Assembly (NCBI RefSeq): GCF_902459465.1
Contig: NC_047062.1
Location: 5,704,001-5,768,000 of the forward strand
DNA from: Asterias rubens
Lineage: Eukaryota
Direction: 5' to 3'
DNA length: 64,000 bases
Made by a program: the position numbers and the translations under genes. How positions within the stretch are numbered: the stretch's first letter is position 1; every line of letters begins with the position of its first letter. The notes below the pieces were generated by a model. The model saw only the letters and a program-made list of their open reading frames with translations. It ran no database searches and was not told the DNA's origin. This document shows positions 12,701 through 24,700 of the stretch, piece by piece.

Positions 12701-15700
12701 CACGCTAAGATTCTTTTGCCATGTAAGGGTATTGAAAATGAACCCTATTTAATATTTGCATCATACCGACAAAAATCCAGCTATTTTTCAGCTTAAATTG
12801 TTTTTTACACCCCCTCCTAATAAAAATTATTGTATCCACCACTCCAATTGGCAAGCCTTTAAATGCTTTTTGGGGTGTCACCAACAGTACTACACCAGTT
12901 AAGCTGTACCGAATTTACAATTAGTTTGCTGAATGAACTTACCAGGGACGGAACAAAGTCCATCTGGGGCATCCACTTCCATCACTTTGATTTCCTCGTC
13001 TGGATCTTCACACTGAATACTGTACAAAAAACACAATCATATAAATCGTTAAAAATATTGTTTTCTGTCCTTTGTAGGGACCTAAGGCAAAACATGCTCA
13101 TTTCAGGAATTGAAAGTTGGTTCAATAACACACTTTGATTGATATAATAATTGCCTCAGAGATAAGAATTATTTTATTAAACAAATTGTATAACTGTACA
13201 TCACTCCGTACTTTCTGGGTCTTGCAGTGAAAACACTCCACCCATGAACACAATATAGTGCACATCACTAATTACAGGATTCAAACTGGCCTCTTGACAC
13301 CTGGCACAGTAGGTGGTGTACTGGTATAAACATAAACCATCTGATTCATTAGAATGCAAGGGTCATGGGTTTGAATCCTATCTGAGTAACATTTGAACTG
13401 TTTTTATAAGGACTCAAAAAGTACTGCGAATGTAGTTCTCATGACAGATATTAATCAAGAAATTAGTCAAATATTACCCTTAAAGTGCCATTCAGTCACC
13501 ACTACATCTAATGGGACCTTTGAACAAGTACATTGCTCTTTTTTATTGTTGATTGTCAAAAACAACAAAACCCACAAAATCTCTTGGAGAGTAACTGAAC
13601 ACTGTTTTTAAGAGTTCAACAACAATTTGTTTTCATTCATCCCTTGCGTTTTCTGGCTGCATTCTGCTCCTCTTTTTTCACTTCTGAGTTCTTCTATACA
13701 CTATCATACTTGTATGTGTGTGATGTGTTGACACTGGATCCCTTTGGTAATTGTCAAAGACCACTATTCTCACTTGGTGTATCCTAACATAATGCATAAA
13801 ATGACAAATCTGTGAAAAATGACTCAATTGCTCATTGAAGTTGCATACAAAAATCAAAAGAACAAAACACAATTGTTGCACAAATTTGTGTGCTTTCAAG
13901 TGCCTAAAAATAGGCTCCAGGCCTGGAGCCTTTGAGTGAGAAATTATCTCTTTCTCAAAAACTATGTTACTTCTAAGTCAGTTTAGCAACAACTAATTCT
14001 ATTTGTGAAAACCAAACAAGAACAACAACAACATACCTTTCTGATTTGTCCGATAAATGTGGTTGACCCAGGGCTCCATTGGAGTTAGCGGGAGTACCTT
14101 TTTTGAATGCGGCAAATTCAGCCTCTTTCTGCTGCTCCTGCAAGTGCTTTTGCTGTTTTGAAAAGAAAGACAAATAATCAATTGTTATTAATAATTGTTG
14201 AGAAGGTTGGAAAGAAATTATGATGTGAGAGAAATAAAGTATAACAGCATTTTAGCAAATTTGACAAATTTTCTGAAATATCTCTTGCAGCTTCATTGTG
14301 TCCATACTGCAACCTACAGCAGAATCAAAACATATGCTTTTTTTCAAATCATAGTTTAAATGATCGGGTTTGTTACAGAAAATTACAGCGGTCCTTGATT
14401 CGAATGCCCTTAAGATAACAGTGCCTCCTACATAAAGGCTTAGGAGTAAACAACTCAAACTATAAGTTGGTTGTAACTGTCAGAGTTCAAATTAAGCATC
14501 TAGTAAAATCATGTTACAAATCTTGCACCATATAATCAATTTTGTTTTGTCAGTTGCACCTTTCCCCCAAAAGATTTATGTTCACTCCTGGTCAATAGCA
14601 CTTTACATGAATTCTAAAAATAGAAGCCCATTACTCAGATCTCAGACATTCCCAGACGTGTCAAATTTTATTATTGTCATACACATAAATGCCAGAGTTT
14701 TATGTTTACTTGTGTGTACTGACAGTGACTGCACCTCTGGTGACTAGCACACAGATGTGGTGATCACGTGAATGACTCTCTCTTAAAGTAAAAGAGTGTA
14801 AAAACCACTCATTTTGTCCGACATGTATACCACTCTTGCACAGAGCCTAATGGTGGACAAAGAGTGAAAGACGTATACTTTTGGTTCAATTTAGAGTGAG
14901 TTTGTTCCAATTTCACTCAGAAAGAGTGATATAGAGTGACTTTCACTCTTTTAAAAGAGCAAAAATGCCACCATTCAGACAAGAGAGTGAAATTTTTACC
15001 CTTTTACATGGAGTAGAAAGTTTGATACCCTAGTTTTTTAAAGCAAAAGTGACCATATTATAGTGCAGAGGAGTGCTAATCCTGACCCTGCACAAAACAA
15101 AACTAACCAATGCTGCACCAGCGTATACTCACACTGCACTTTTGTGTGTTATGCCACACTAGAGCAATTTAGCAAGGGTTCCTAATTGCTAAATTGTAGC
15201 ATGGTTGTAAAATTTTACAAAATGTACCTTGTGTGAAAGGACAACAAAAATGTACTGTTCCAGGTATGTTGTAAACAATCTTTACAATTGTTATGTTGTA
15301 CAACCATGCTAAAATTAAGCAACGGACCCCAGTTAAATTGCTGTCGTGTGAAAAGGGCTTTAGACAGTTTGGCAGATATTTTTATACATTTTATGATAGA
15401 CTCCTTACAATGCATTGTAGACAACCAATTGACAACTCAAGTACGTAAAACAACGACGCATAATAAGATAATATCTTAAGGACACTGACCTCTGTTATGA
15501 CGAGCCAGCATGCTGTCCTCATACGGGTCCGAGCGGGAAACTGCTTGGTCAACATCAATCTAAGCCCAGCATCAGGGAACGTTAATCTATAGGCGGGAAG
15601 ACAAAACCAAAACAAAATTAGCCATCTTTTAATTGCATTATACAACAGAAAAACAACGGCCTTTATCAAATTCAACCTTTGTAAAAATCTCATCGTCTGG

Positions 15701-18700
15701 CTTCTAAATGTCAACTTGCAAATTAGTTTACTAAGATAAATTAGATATGGAATGCCATACTCAATGTATTTATCAGTTTGTCGTCTCTAGAGAGCTTTTA
15801 GTGAAATGGCTCATTGCAAAGTCTCTGAGGTAGACAAAAGATAAATAGATAAAAGGTTTAGAAATTATTGCACCTCACTTTTATGTCTTTAGCTCAAATA
15901 TGCAGTAAAAACAAATTGCTTTTTACACTTTCTCCATTTATTGAGCTTGAAATATCCCCGTCTGTTTTCAGTCCCTGTGGCCAGCCAAAAACAACATTTA
16001 AAGAAGACCATATTCATGCTAAAAGTAATAACAATACCAGGCATGTTTAAAGCGCATCTGAAAAAGTGACTTAGGCTTTTTTACATCAAGCAGAGATAAA
16101 AACCAGGTAAGGAAATCAAAGGAAAATAACCACGTATCTAGCAAAATGCTAGCAAAACATTTTAAGAGAAAACAGGTTTTTTTAAAAGGCATAGTGTTAA
16201 CAAATTAAATGCAAGAGTAAAATAGATATAAACATTTATAAGGCGTGAAACTGCAGTAAAATTAAAAACATGTTAGCTGGATACGAATTCTAAAATGTCA
16301 AGGATATTTCACTGGGGGTGGGGGAAATTGAAAGTCTGGGATTCACTTGTCTGGAATTTACTTCAATTCACAAATGAGAACAATTAATAATGAGAAGATT
16401 TTCCAAATATTTCTAAGAGCTAAATACTTTGACAGAGAATTTATATGAGGTTCCATCGGCATTTAAGAATGATTTTAGGGATTTCCTGAATTGAAAAAGA
16501 GGAAGTTAGAGACAGTTCTAAACCCACCACAAAAAAACAAACAAACAATGCACTGATTTATTAACAGTGTCTCATTCTCAACTGGGGTTTCTTAGTTTAA
16601 TTTCAATACCTCTTTAGTTTATTAACAATGGCTCATTCTTTACTGGGCTTTTTTAGTGTAATATACCTCTTTGGTTTTTTAACAGTGGCTCACTCTTAAC
16701 TGGGCATTCTTAGTGTAGTTACCATACCTCTTTGGTGACCCGTCTTCTGCTGATTGAGATGTCTGTGTATCACCATTGGCAGTATCTTCCTTGTCCGTTT
16801 TCAGCGGAGTAACTGAACAGAAAAAAACAACAGTAACAATTGGAAATTACCTTTCAAAGAGTGTTTATCAATAACATTTAAAGTATATAATGTGCCCTTT
16901 GAATACTTTTGATCAAAGGTGCATAACTCTTGTTAAAAACGCACAGAATGGAAGAAAAGGATAAAGAAACAAGACTGGTCACCAGGCCAGTGCCAAAACC
17001 AAAGATGGGAACGTGCGTCAGTCCCACAAACAGCAAACTAAAAATAACTTATAACAAAATACATAATATTTACCAGGGGCCAATTTCACCTAGAGCTAAA
17101 CATGATCTTTTAAAACTGCAAATCAATCGTAGCTGCTAAGTTAGTGTGGTGTCACAATACAAATCACTATGGTAATACTGACAATTTGTCTTGTGATAAA
17201 TATTGTTGCTTTGAGAAATCAGCCCCTGGCCTATATGTAATTGTAATCAGTTATTTTTAGTTCTTAAGGCCTATCCCTGCTGGCATCGGTAATGTTTTGA
17301 TCTTTTCAGGAGACAGACGCTTCTATAACTCTAACCTATGTTTGACCCTGTTCCATTAAGCACCGTTAAATGTCATGGACCCAGCAAAATCATACAAAAC
17401 TTGAAAACTCAAAACGCAGGGTATTTATTTTTGGCACTGAGCCAGCACTATGTACTTACAATGTAAAAAATGGCAATTCAAAATGTGGCTGTTCATGCAA
17501 ACTGAGAACTGTAATTTTTGTGAAATTGTCCTTGTGGTATCTAGAGGCTATACTCTTTTATGACTTGACACTTGGTGGAAATGTTGATACCATTGATAAT
17601 GATGACATCCAAAATGTGTTAAACACAGATTTTAGACTTGCCTTTCTGAAAACAGTGACGTCTATTAACAATTTATAAATAAATGTGCTATAAATAGTGG
17701 TGAAGGAGTCAAAGAAATAATTTGCATTTCCTTGTTAAAACCAACAAACATCTAGTTGGAATTTTGCAACGCTTTATTTCAGATATTCTCAGAAAAAAAG
17801 AGATTCCTAACTATTAGGGGGGGCCTAAAGTTACTTTAGTTGTTACATTTTTCCATTTCTATTTATTTGTTTTTGTTTGGGGTTTGGTGGTTTTGTTTGT
17901 GGATGGGAGACTTTCCAAGAAAAATAAACAAAAAACTGAATGAGAAAAAATAAGAAGTTAAATAGACAGATCTAAGGCCTCCCCCGAAAGAATTCAAACT
18001 TCAGATTATTGGTTTTTCTTCCTCTTACTGTACTTATATTTATTATTTATAGTTATTTTATTGCTGTATTTTTTCATTTCTTGTTTTTCTGTTGTTGGTG
18101 GGAGAGTTCCCAGAAAAAAACAATTAACAAAACTGAACATGAAGCTTATTATGGGTCCCATGACTGAATCACAACATCCGGAGTGTTGAGAAATTGACGT
18201 ACCCTGTTCAAGCTGGATAGAGCTTCAGAGTATTGGGTGTTTTTAACATTATGTTTATATAGGAAAGTACTGAGTATACAGTGCTAACACACATCGGTGT
18301 ATGGGTAAAACACAAAATTAATATTCTTTATCCCCGATGCAAATTTAACATCTCTTATATCGTTGCGGTACCCGCTGCCAGAACATAGGATTTGAACTGC
18401 CTCTAGCTACCGGGCAACCTCCGTAGTCTAGTTGGTAAGACACTGCTCTAGAATTGCAAGGGTCGTGGGTTCGAATCCCACCCGAGTAAATTAATGCCTG
18501 TGATATTTTTTCACAGGACTCGGGAAAGTACTGAGTATACAGTGCTAACACACATCGGTGTATGGGTAAAAAACAAAAATAATATGTTTATATAGTTATT
18601 TTATTGTTACATGTTTTCATTTCTTGTATTTGTTTGTCTGTTGTGGGTGAGAGACATTCCCAGAAAAACATTTAACAAAACGAAACTCAAAAGCTAATTC

Positions 18701-21700
18701 TAGCTACTAGGAAGAGTTCCTAGTAGACACTGGGTCCCATGTCAGAATATTAACGTCCGGAGTGTTGATAAATTTACTTACCCTGTTCAAGCTGGATAGA
18801 GCTTCTGTTGTTGCATTTCTCAAGTCTCTTGGCGATTTTCTTGGCCTTCCTCTTGTCTTGCTTCCGGCTAATGTTTCGATAGATCTTTGGATTCAACCTA
18901 AACCGACAGGAAATCGACAAAAAAGAAAACATCTTCTGTTCAATAACAACACGTTGAGCTGAACGGTTATTAATGTAGTACCTTGGGATAAAATAGGGAG
19001 ACTGCCAACAAAGGGCTACATTAGCTCAGTTTATTTATTTTACTTATTTTAAATTTTCGGACAACATTTTTTGTTTGCAGGGGCCGTTCAGGGTAAGGCA
19101 AAAGTTAAACAAACTGGCATCAAAGCGATGTGCCCTCCCAGACCCCTCCAACAAAAAACATACATGTTTATAAAAATACAGAAAATAAAAGCATGAATTT
19201 AAAAAATATAGACAATAACATTGAGTTAATAGAGTTTCAGCAAGTTAATCCAGAGGCTGTTGGTTCAAATCTTGATCTAGTAAACTTGTCCATGTTCAAC
19301 TTGTGGTTACAACTTGATATTAAAATGCTAGCGTTCATATTTTCAATGCCACTATCTGAGAGCTAGTTCAAGCACATGTTTGTTTTCAGTGTGTCCTCAC
19401 TGTCTTTATTTTGTTCTTTGTCACTATGTGTTTTTCTTCAATTGCACCCCCCCCCCTTCCCCCACTGACAAACCCCTACCCTTCAATTCAAAGAAACCCA
19501 AACCCATCGACTTAAAGGTCAATTAGTAAGATCCCCATGTGGTATGGTAAAATCAGTATCTATTAATGCTTTTGTAGGAAAGAAGCTTGACAAAAATGGG
19601 TAAAAGTGTATTGCTTCTCCATCCGCCTAACCCATGTTGTGTTCATTAGTCAGAAGCTCAAGGATTATTTTGCTTCATCTGCTATTGTCGATTGAACGCA
19701 GTTGACGCATTATTTTTTGTTGCCACTTTGTCCCACTTCATCCAGTCATCAACCAAATTCTACACACATTGAATCTGATTCAAAGAGTACAAACGAATTC
19801 TTTATAAAGCAAATAACCATGTGAAATAGATATGGTTGAGCTGAATGCATGGAGAGAAAAACGCAAGAGGTTGAACTCTTCTGACTTGCCCTCATTAACA
19901 GCACAAAAGGATCGATTTCACAACTTGATATTGCCTCACACAACCATTGACATATCTTTACTTTTATAAGGTTTTGCTCAAACTATTCTGATAAACAATT
20001 CTAGTTTTAAAAACTACATAGAATCTCATAGCCACTAAACCCACAAGTCGTTTTTTTAATTTTGCCAAATAAGAAATGCATCAACACACTGTAATAAACA
20101 AAACCATAGAGATATCCACGCGTCTATATTTTGGTCTATAAGAAACGGCGGCCATCCAATTCTTTTGATCATAACACCCTCTTCCCCCCCCCCCACAAGA
20201 CCCTCTTCCCCCCACAAGATGCAAAATGTCAAAATACAACAACAACTATTATGTGGGAATGAGAGGGGGTGGATCTCAGTAAGTGCCTTCCAGCAACCGA
20301 AGTAAATCTGTCTGAGATGATGTGGCTTTCTGACAGTGGGTCTTCCTGCAACAAACACCGTCCATTGAGAATACCAAGCACGGCGGGGGGGATCCTATTT
20401 TCAACCCCTGCCCTCTCGAGACAAGCCTGCGTCCTCGTAAACACATAGTTTCCAATCTTTTCTACTGGATAAAAATGTTTGCCGTTCTCAACACTTGGCT
20501 AGTTCCTGATACCCTTTTATAAATGTCAGACTAGGTCTAACACATTTTGTTGTTTTGCGGGGATCTCTCCTGTCGGACTAGTTAGAGCTTTTTTTTTACT
20601 CTTGAGAAAACTGTCTGGATTTGAGGCATGCTTGAATCAGCAATTTGATTAATTTTCAGGATACATCTACACATTTTTGTAGGCAGAGAATGTTACAATT
20701 ATCCACGAGAAGAATTCACTTCTTGAACTACTCAATTTCAGTTTTCTTATTGTATTTTCCTCATATTTTGATGATAACGGCTGAAGTTACCAAGTATCAC
20801 TAAGATCATTTAGCACCCCTTTATATTCCTATTTTAGAAATTATAAGAATCATAGGGGTATAAAAAGCATTTTCCAAAGCCTACTTGCCTTTACTGAAGA
20901 CCAGTTGTAATTATCACATGTATTGATATTTTGCTATTGTAACTTTCAAAGGATTTTCTTATCATCAACACAAAACATGGTAAATGCTTTACGATTTTTG
21001 TTTCTTACTGAAAGATTTCACTATTTTGTTTTACTTACCACATTAGGAAGATATAACCAGCATACATTGACAACATCAGTAAAGCTTCATACCTGCATCA
21101 AGAAGAGATAATAATAATACAAATAATGAAAACTTATAAAGCGCACAAATCCATAAAAGTGTTCATGGCGCTAAAATACAAACAATGACATTAAAATAAT
21201 GTACAATAACAAAAATTAAACCGTAAGCCTAAGTTGAGAGAAATCTAGAACATGTGGTATAGAAATACAATACAAATTCAATATTTAAGAAAACATCAAA
21301 GAGACCATACAAAACTATTTTGAAACTTTCCATGGTGGGAGAATACAATCAGGAGAAGGTTTTTTTTGTTTTTTTTTGCGGTAGCATCGTATGTAAATTA
21401 GTTTTGAGCAGAGGTGGTTCTGAAAAAAAACCGTGGCTGAGAACTCATTGCTTCGATCAATACACTCGTTGAGTCGCCTACTACTGATTTTTCTCAGACC
21501 CACTGCTACTCACAGCTAGTTTAGTTTTACAACCACAACTAGTTTCTGAATTGGCAAGAAACTGGATGATTCATCCCACATCACCGCACACAAATTGTTG
21601 TGAATAAAAAAAAATCAAAATTTTTCTCTCACAATTTCTACAAACACTGTTAGAGAATTATTATATCTCATATCATAGATTGGAAACAAGTGGACAACAT

Positions 21701-24700
21701 ACACGCATCATTTTCCGAAATAAATTAGCGTTTTACATGTTTAAGGTTTTAATATAAAGAGGTGCTCACTCACATTGCATGTAATTGCACCGCCAGATCT
21801 TTGTTTTAACTTAACATTGGAAATTTGATGGAGGTCAACAAGCATTTCTTCACCAATCAACCAACATGTACCCCAAACTTCAGGGCCCATATGTCATCCA
21901 GAGTACCTCCAGTTGGAAGCAATAACACCCAAGTTCACAATTGGGCAATATTTTAAAACTGTATCCCTTTTCTTTGGCTCTTAAATCTGTCTAGAATAGA
22001 ATATTTTGAGAAGGTAATACAAAAAATTAATGAGGTCGACGATCTGTTTTCTGTGGGGTGCTCCCATAGGGTATACAGACCGTATTATTATTATTATGTA
22101 TTGAATATGATGTCATCGTTCAAATATCTGCCCTACAACATGGCGTCTGTGCGCGTGTGCGTGCGTGTGTGCGCGTGCACGTGCCTGAGAAATCAAACCG
22201 GGAATGCTGCGTGCTGCGTGTTTCATTGATGTACGCGTTTGGACGCGCATACGGTTTGCCCTACAAGATGGCGACTTTCATAGCAAAAAAAGGGGTTATT
22301 CAAAAAGGGATTATTGGAGTAGTTCAAATACTAACCATGTGACTTTTCCGTCATAGATTACACACATCAGTGTTAGTACTGAAATAGAATAGACCACAGT
22401 GTCTCTTGCCATCGGCCACCATGTTAGCGGTACAACCTGAAAAGAAAAAAAAGTGTAATCAAGAAAGCTCAATAAAGTAGTAGGTGAAGAAGGTGAAAAC
22501 ATCAATGAAAATGTAATTGGCTGAAGTGAATGAGCAAAGCTCTGCTGTAAACAATCTTATAACACTCATTAAGGACAAGGCATTGTGCAAGGTGATTCTG
22601 TTCTTGTACTCTTATTGAGCCATACACATAAGCGTCACAAAATGACATTTAGAAACTTCAATCTCTACCTTTCATTAACATAATTTTTATTCTCGAATAA
22701 TATTAGCGAATGTCTGAGAAGACACATTTACAAAAAGGATACACTTTAATGTTGCTAAGTAACAAAAGATTAGCATAAAATGAGGATTAATGTATGTATA
22801 GGCACTTAAAAAATGATCCATATGGCTTCCTGTTTTGACTTCAATTATTTGATCGCGTCCTTAATTGGCACTTCAAATTGGTTAATTTTTAAATCGCTTT
22901 CATCTACCAATCCTGCCCTGTGAAACATCACCCTACCGTTTACAGAGATAGTCATACCGCTCATAACAGCAGTATTATAGAGATGGAGGTATCAAGTCAG
23001 ACATTCTCCCTATCTACACCAGTAACAACATTTGGCTTCAGTGGGATTCCTAAGGCCTTTCAATTTGCAGTTGACGAGGAAATTACAGTAATTTTCATTA
23101 AAGGGTCTATGTACTTTTTCCTAACAAAAAACACAATGTCCACAGATTTACATTATACTTACACAGTTTGAAGATTATGATAGTAAAGCTTCCCTTGACA
23201 TTTTACTTACCGAGGTGCTGTAGTTTTTGAGAAATGAGTAAAAGTAATCATTTTCGTCTCAGTTTTAGCATGTAAATACGTATTAACCAGTTATGCTATG
23301 GTTTTGGTATAATATCATAACTGGTTAAGGGGATTTTACATGCTAAAATAATTTTGGTCTCATGAGACCAAAATTATTATGTGACTTGTTTTACTCATAT
23401 CTCAAAAACTACACAACCTTAGTTAGTAATTTTTGAAGGGAAGCTTTCCACTATCATTCTCTTCAAACCCTGTAAGTTTAATGTAAATCTGTGGACATTT
23501 TGAAAAAGTACCTGATAAGTGTAAAAACTTCCAACCTCCAAAAATCAACACAAAAATACCCAGCGAACTTTAACAATTAATCCTTCACCAGTCAGAAGTA
23601 GTGCTACCTTATTTTATTTGGCTGACTCATTTTATGATTCAACTGAAAAGATTTTGAGTTCTTGGCAGTTTTATTCACGGATAATGAACTCTTGATAAGT
23701 CCATTATATGACAATCTCAACTCCCATTTTAAATTATCAGTGGGTGAGGATACTGTAAGTAGAATATCCATCAGAGAAGTGATTTACCTGTCCAGCAAAT
23801 AAACCGCATAGGCCTATAATGACCAGGATATTGAAGACTGCCGATCCAACTATAGTCCCTACTCCCACGTCTCCCTTGGCAATGAAAACACCTGCAAATA
23901 CACAATAGAGAAGGAAACCACTCATTACAGTATGCAACCAAATTTGTTACTTTATGTAATCAGCAGTTTATAGCAATATAAGTGTTTTGGGGGGTTTGAA
24001 GAGTTGTTTTTTCTCAGGGATTTCTGTTGATTATTGGATGATTTTTAGGTCGTAGTAAAATGGATGGAGGAAAAAGTCAGTGTACCTTTGATTTTGTTGT
24101 TTTCATTTCATGTATGATAAGAATAAGTATTGTCATTCATAGTTAAAGCCATTGGACCCTTTCGGCACAGAAAGAAAAAAAAGTTCACAGATTTACAAAT
24201 AACTTACAGGGTTTACAGAAGGTAGTGGTGAAAGACTTCCCTTGAAATATTATTCCATGAAATGCTTTACTTTTTGAGAAAACAGTAAAACAATATCAAT
24301 TCTCGTTAGCGAGAATTACGGATTTATTTCAAACACATGTCATGACACGGCGAAACGTGCGGATACACGGGTGGGTTTTCCCGTTATTTTCTCCAGACTC
24401 CGATGACCGATTGGGCCTAAATTTTCACAGGTTTGTTATTTGATATAGAAGTTGTGATACACGAAGTGTGGGACTTGGACAATACTGTTTACAGAAAGTG
24501 TATAATGGCTTTAATGAAGTAGTTTATTGATTTGTGCAACTTATATCACAGATGTTATACCAAAGCTTGTATGAGAGAAATTGGCTGTTACCAGCTTAGC
24601 GCGTATATACCAAGCTTGTTGTCGCTTTGCTCAATTCCCCATCAACTTTACACACAGGCAGACAAATTAACAAATATTTTATAGGGTAGATTCGCATACC

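Noticed and set aside
13999-14181. Second open frame over exon 12 (dual coding)
   Set aside because: It is short and incompatible with the phases of exons 11 and 13, so chance is sufficient.
18417-18490. Functional tRNA gene
   Set aside because: D- and T-arms are present but the acceptor and anticodon stems do not pair properly. It sits inside a TSD-flanked dispersed repeat.
19700-20700. Coding-like stretch that might be a decayed transposase or LINE
   Set aside because: No recognisable domain motif in any frame and multiple stops. A translated search would be needed.
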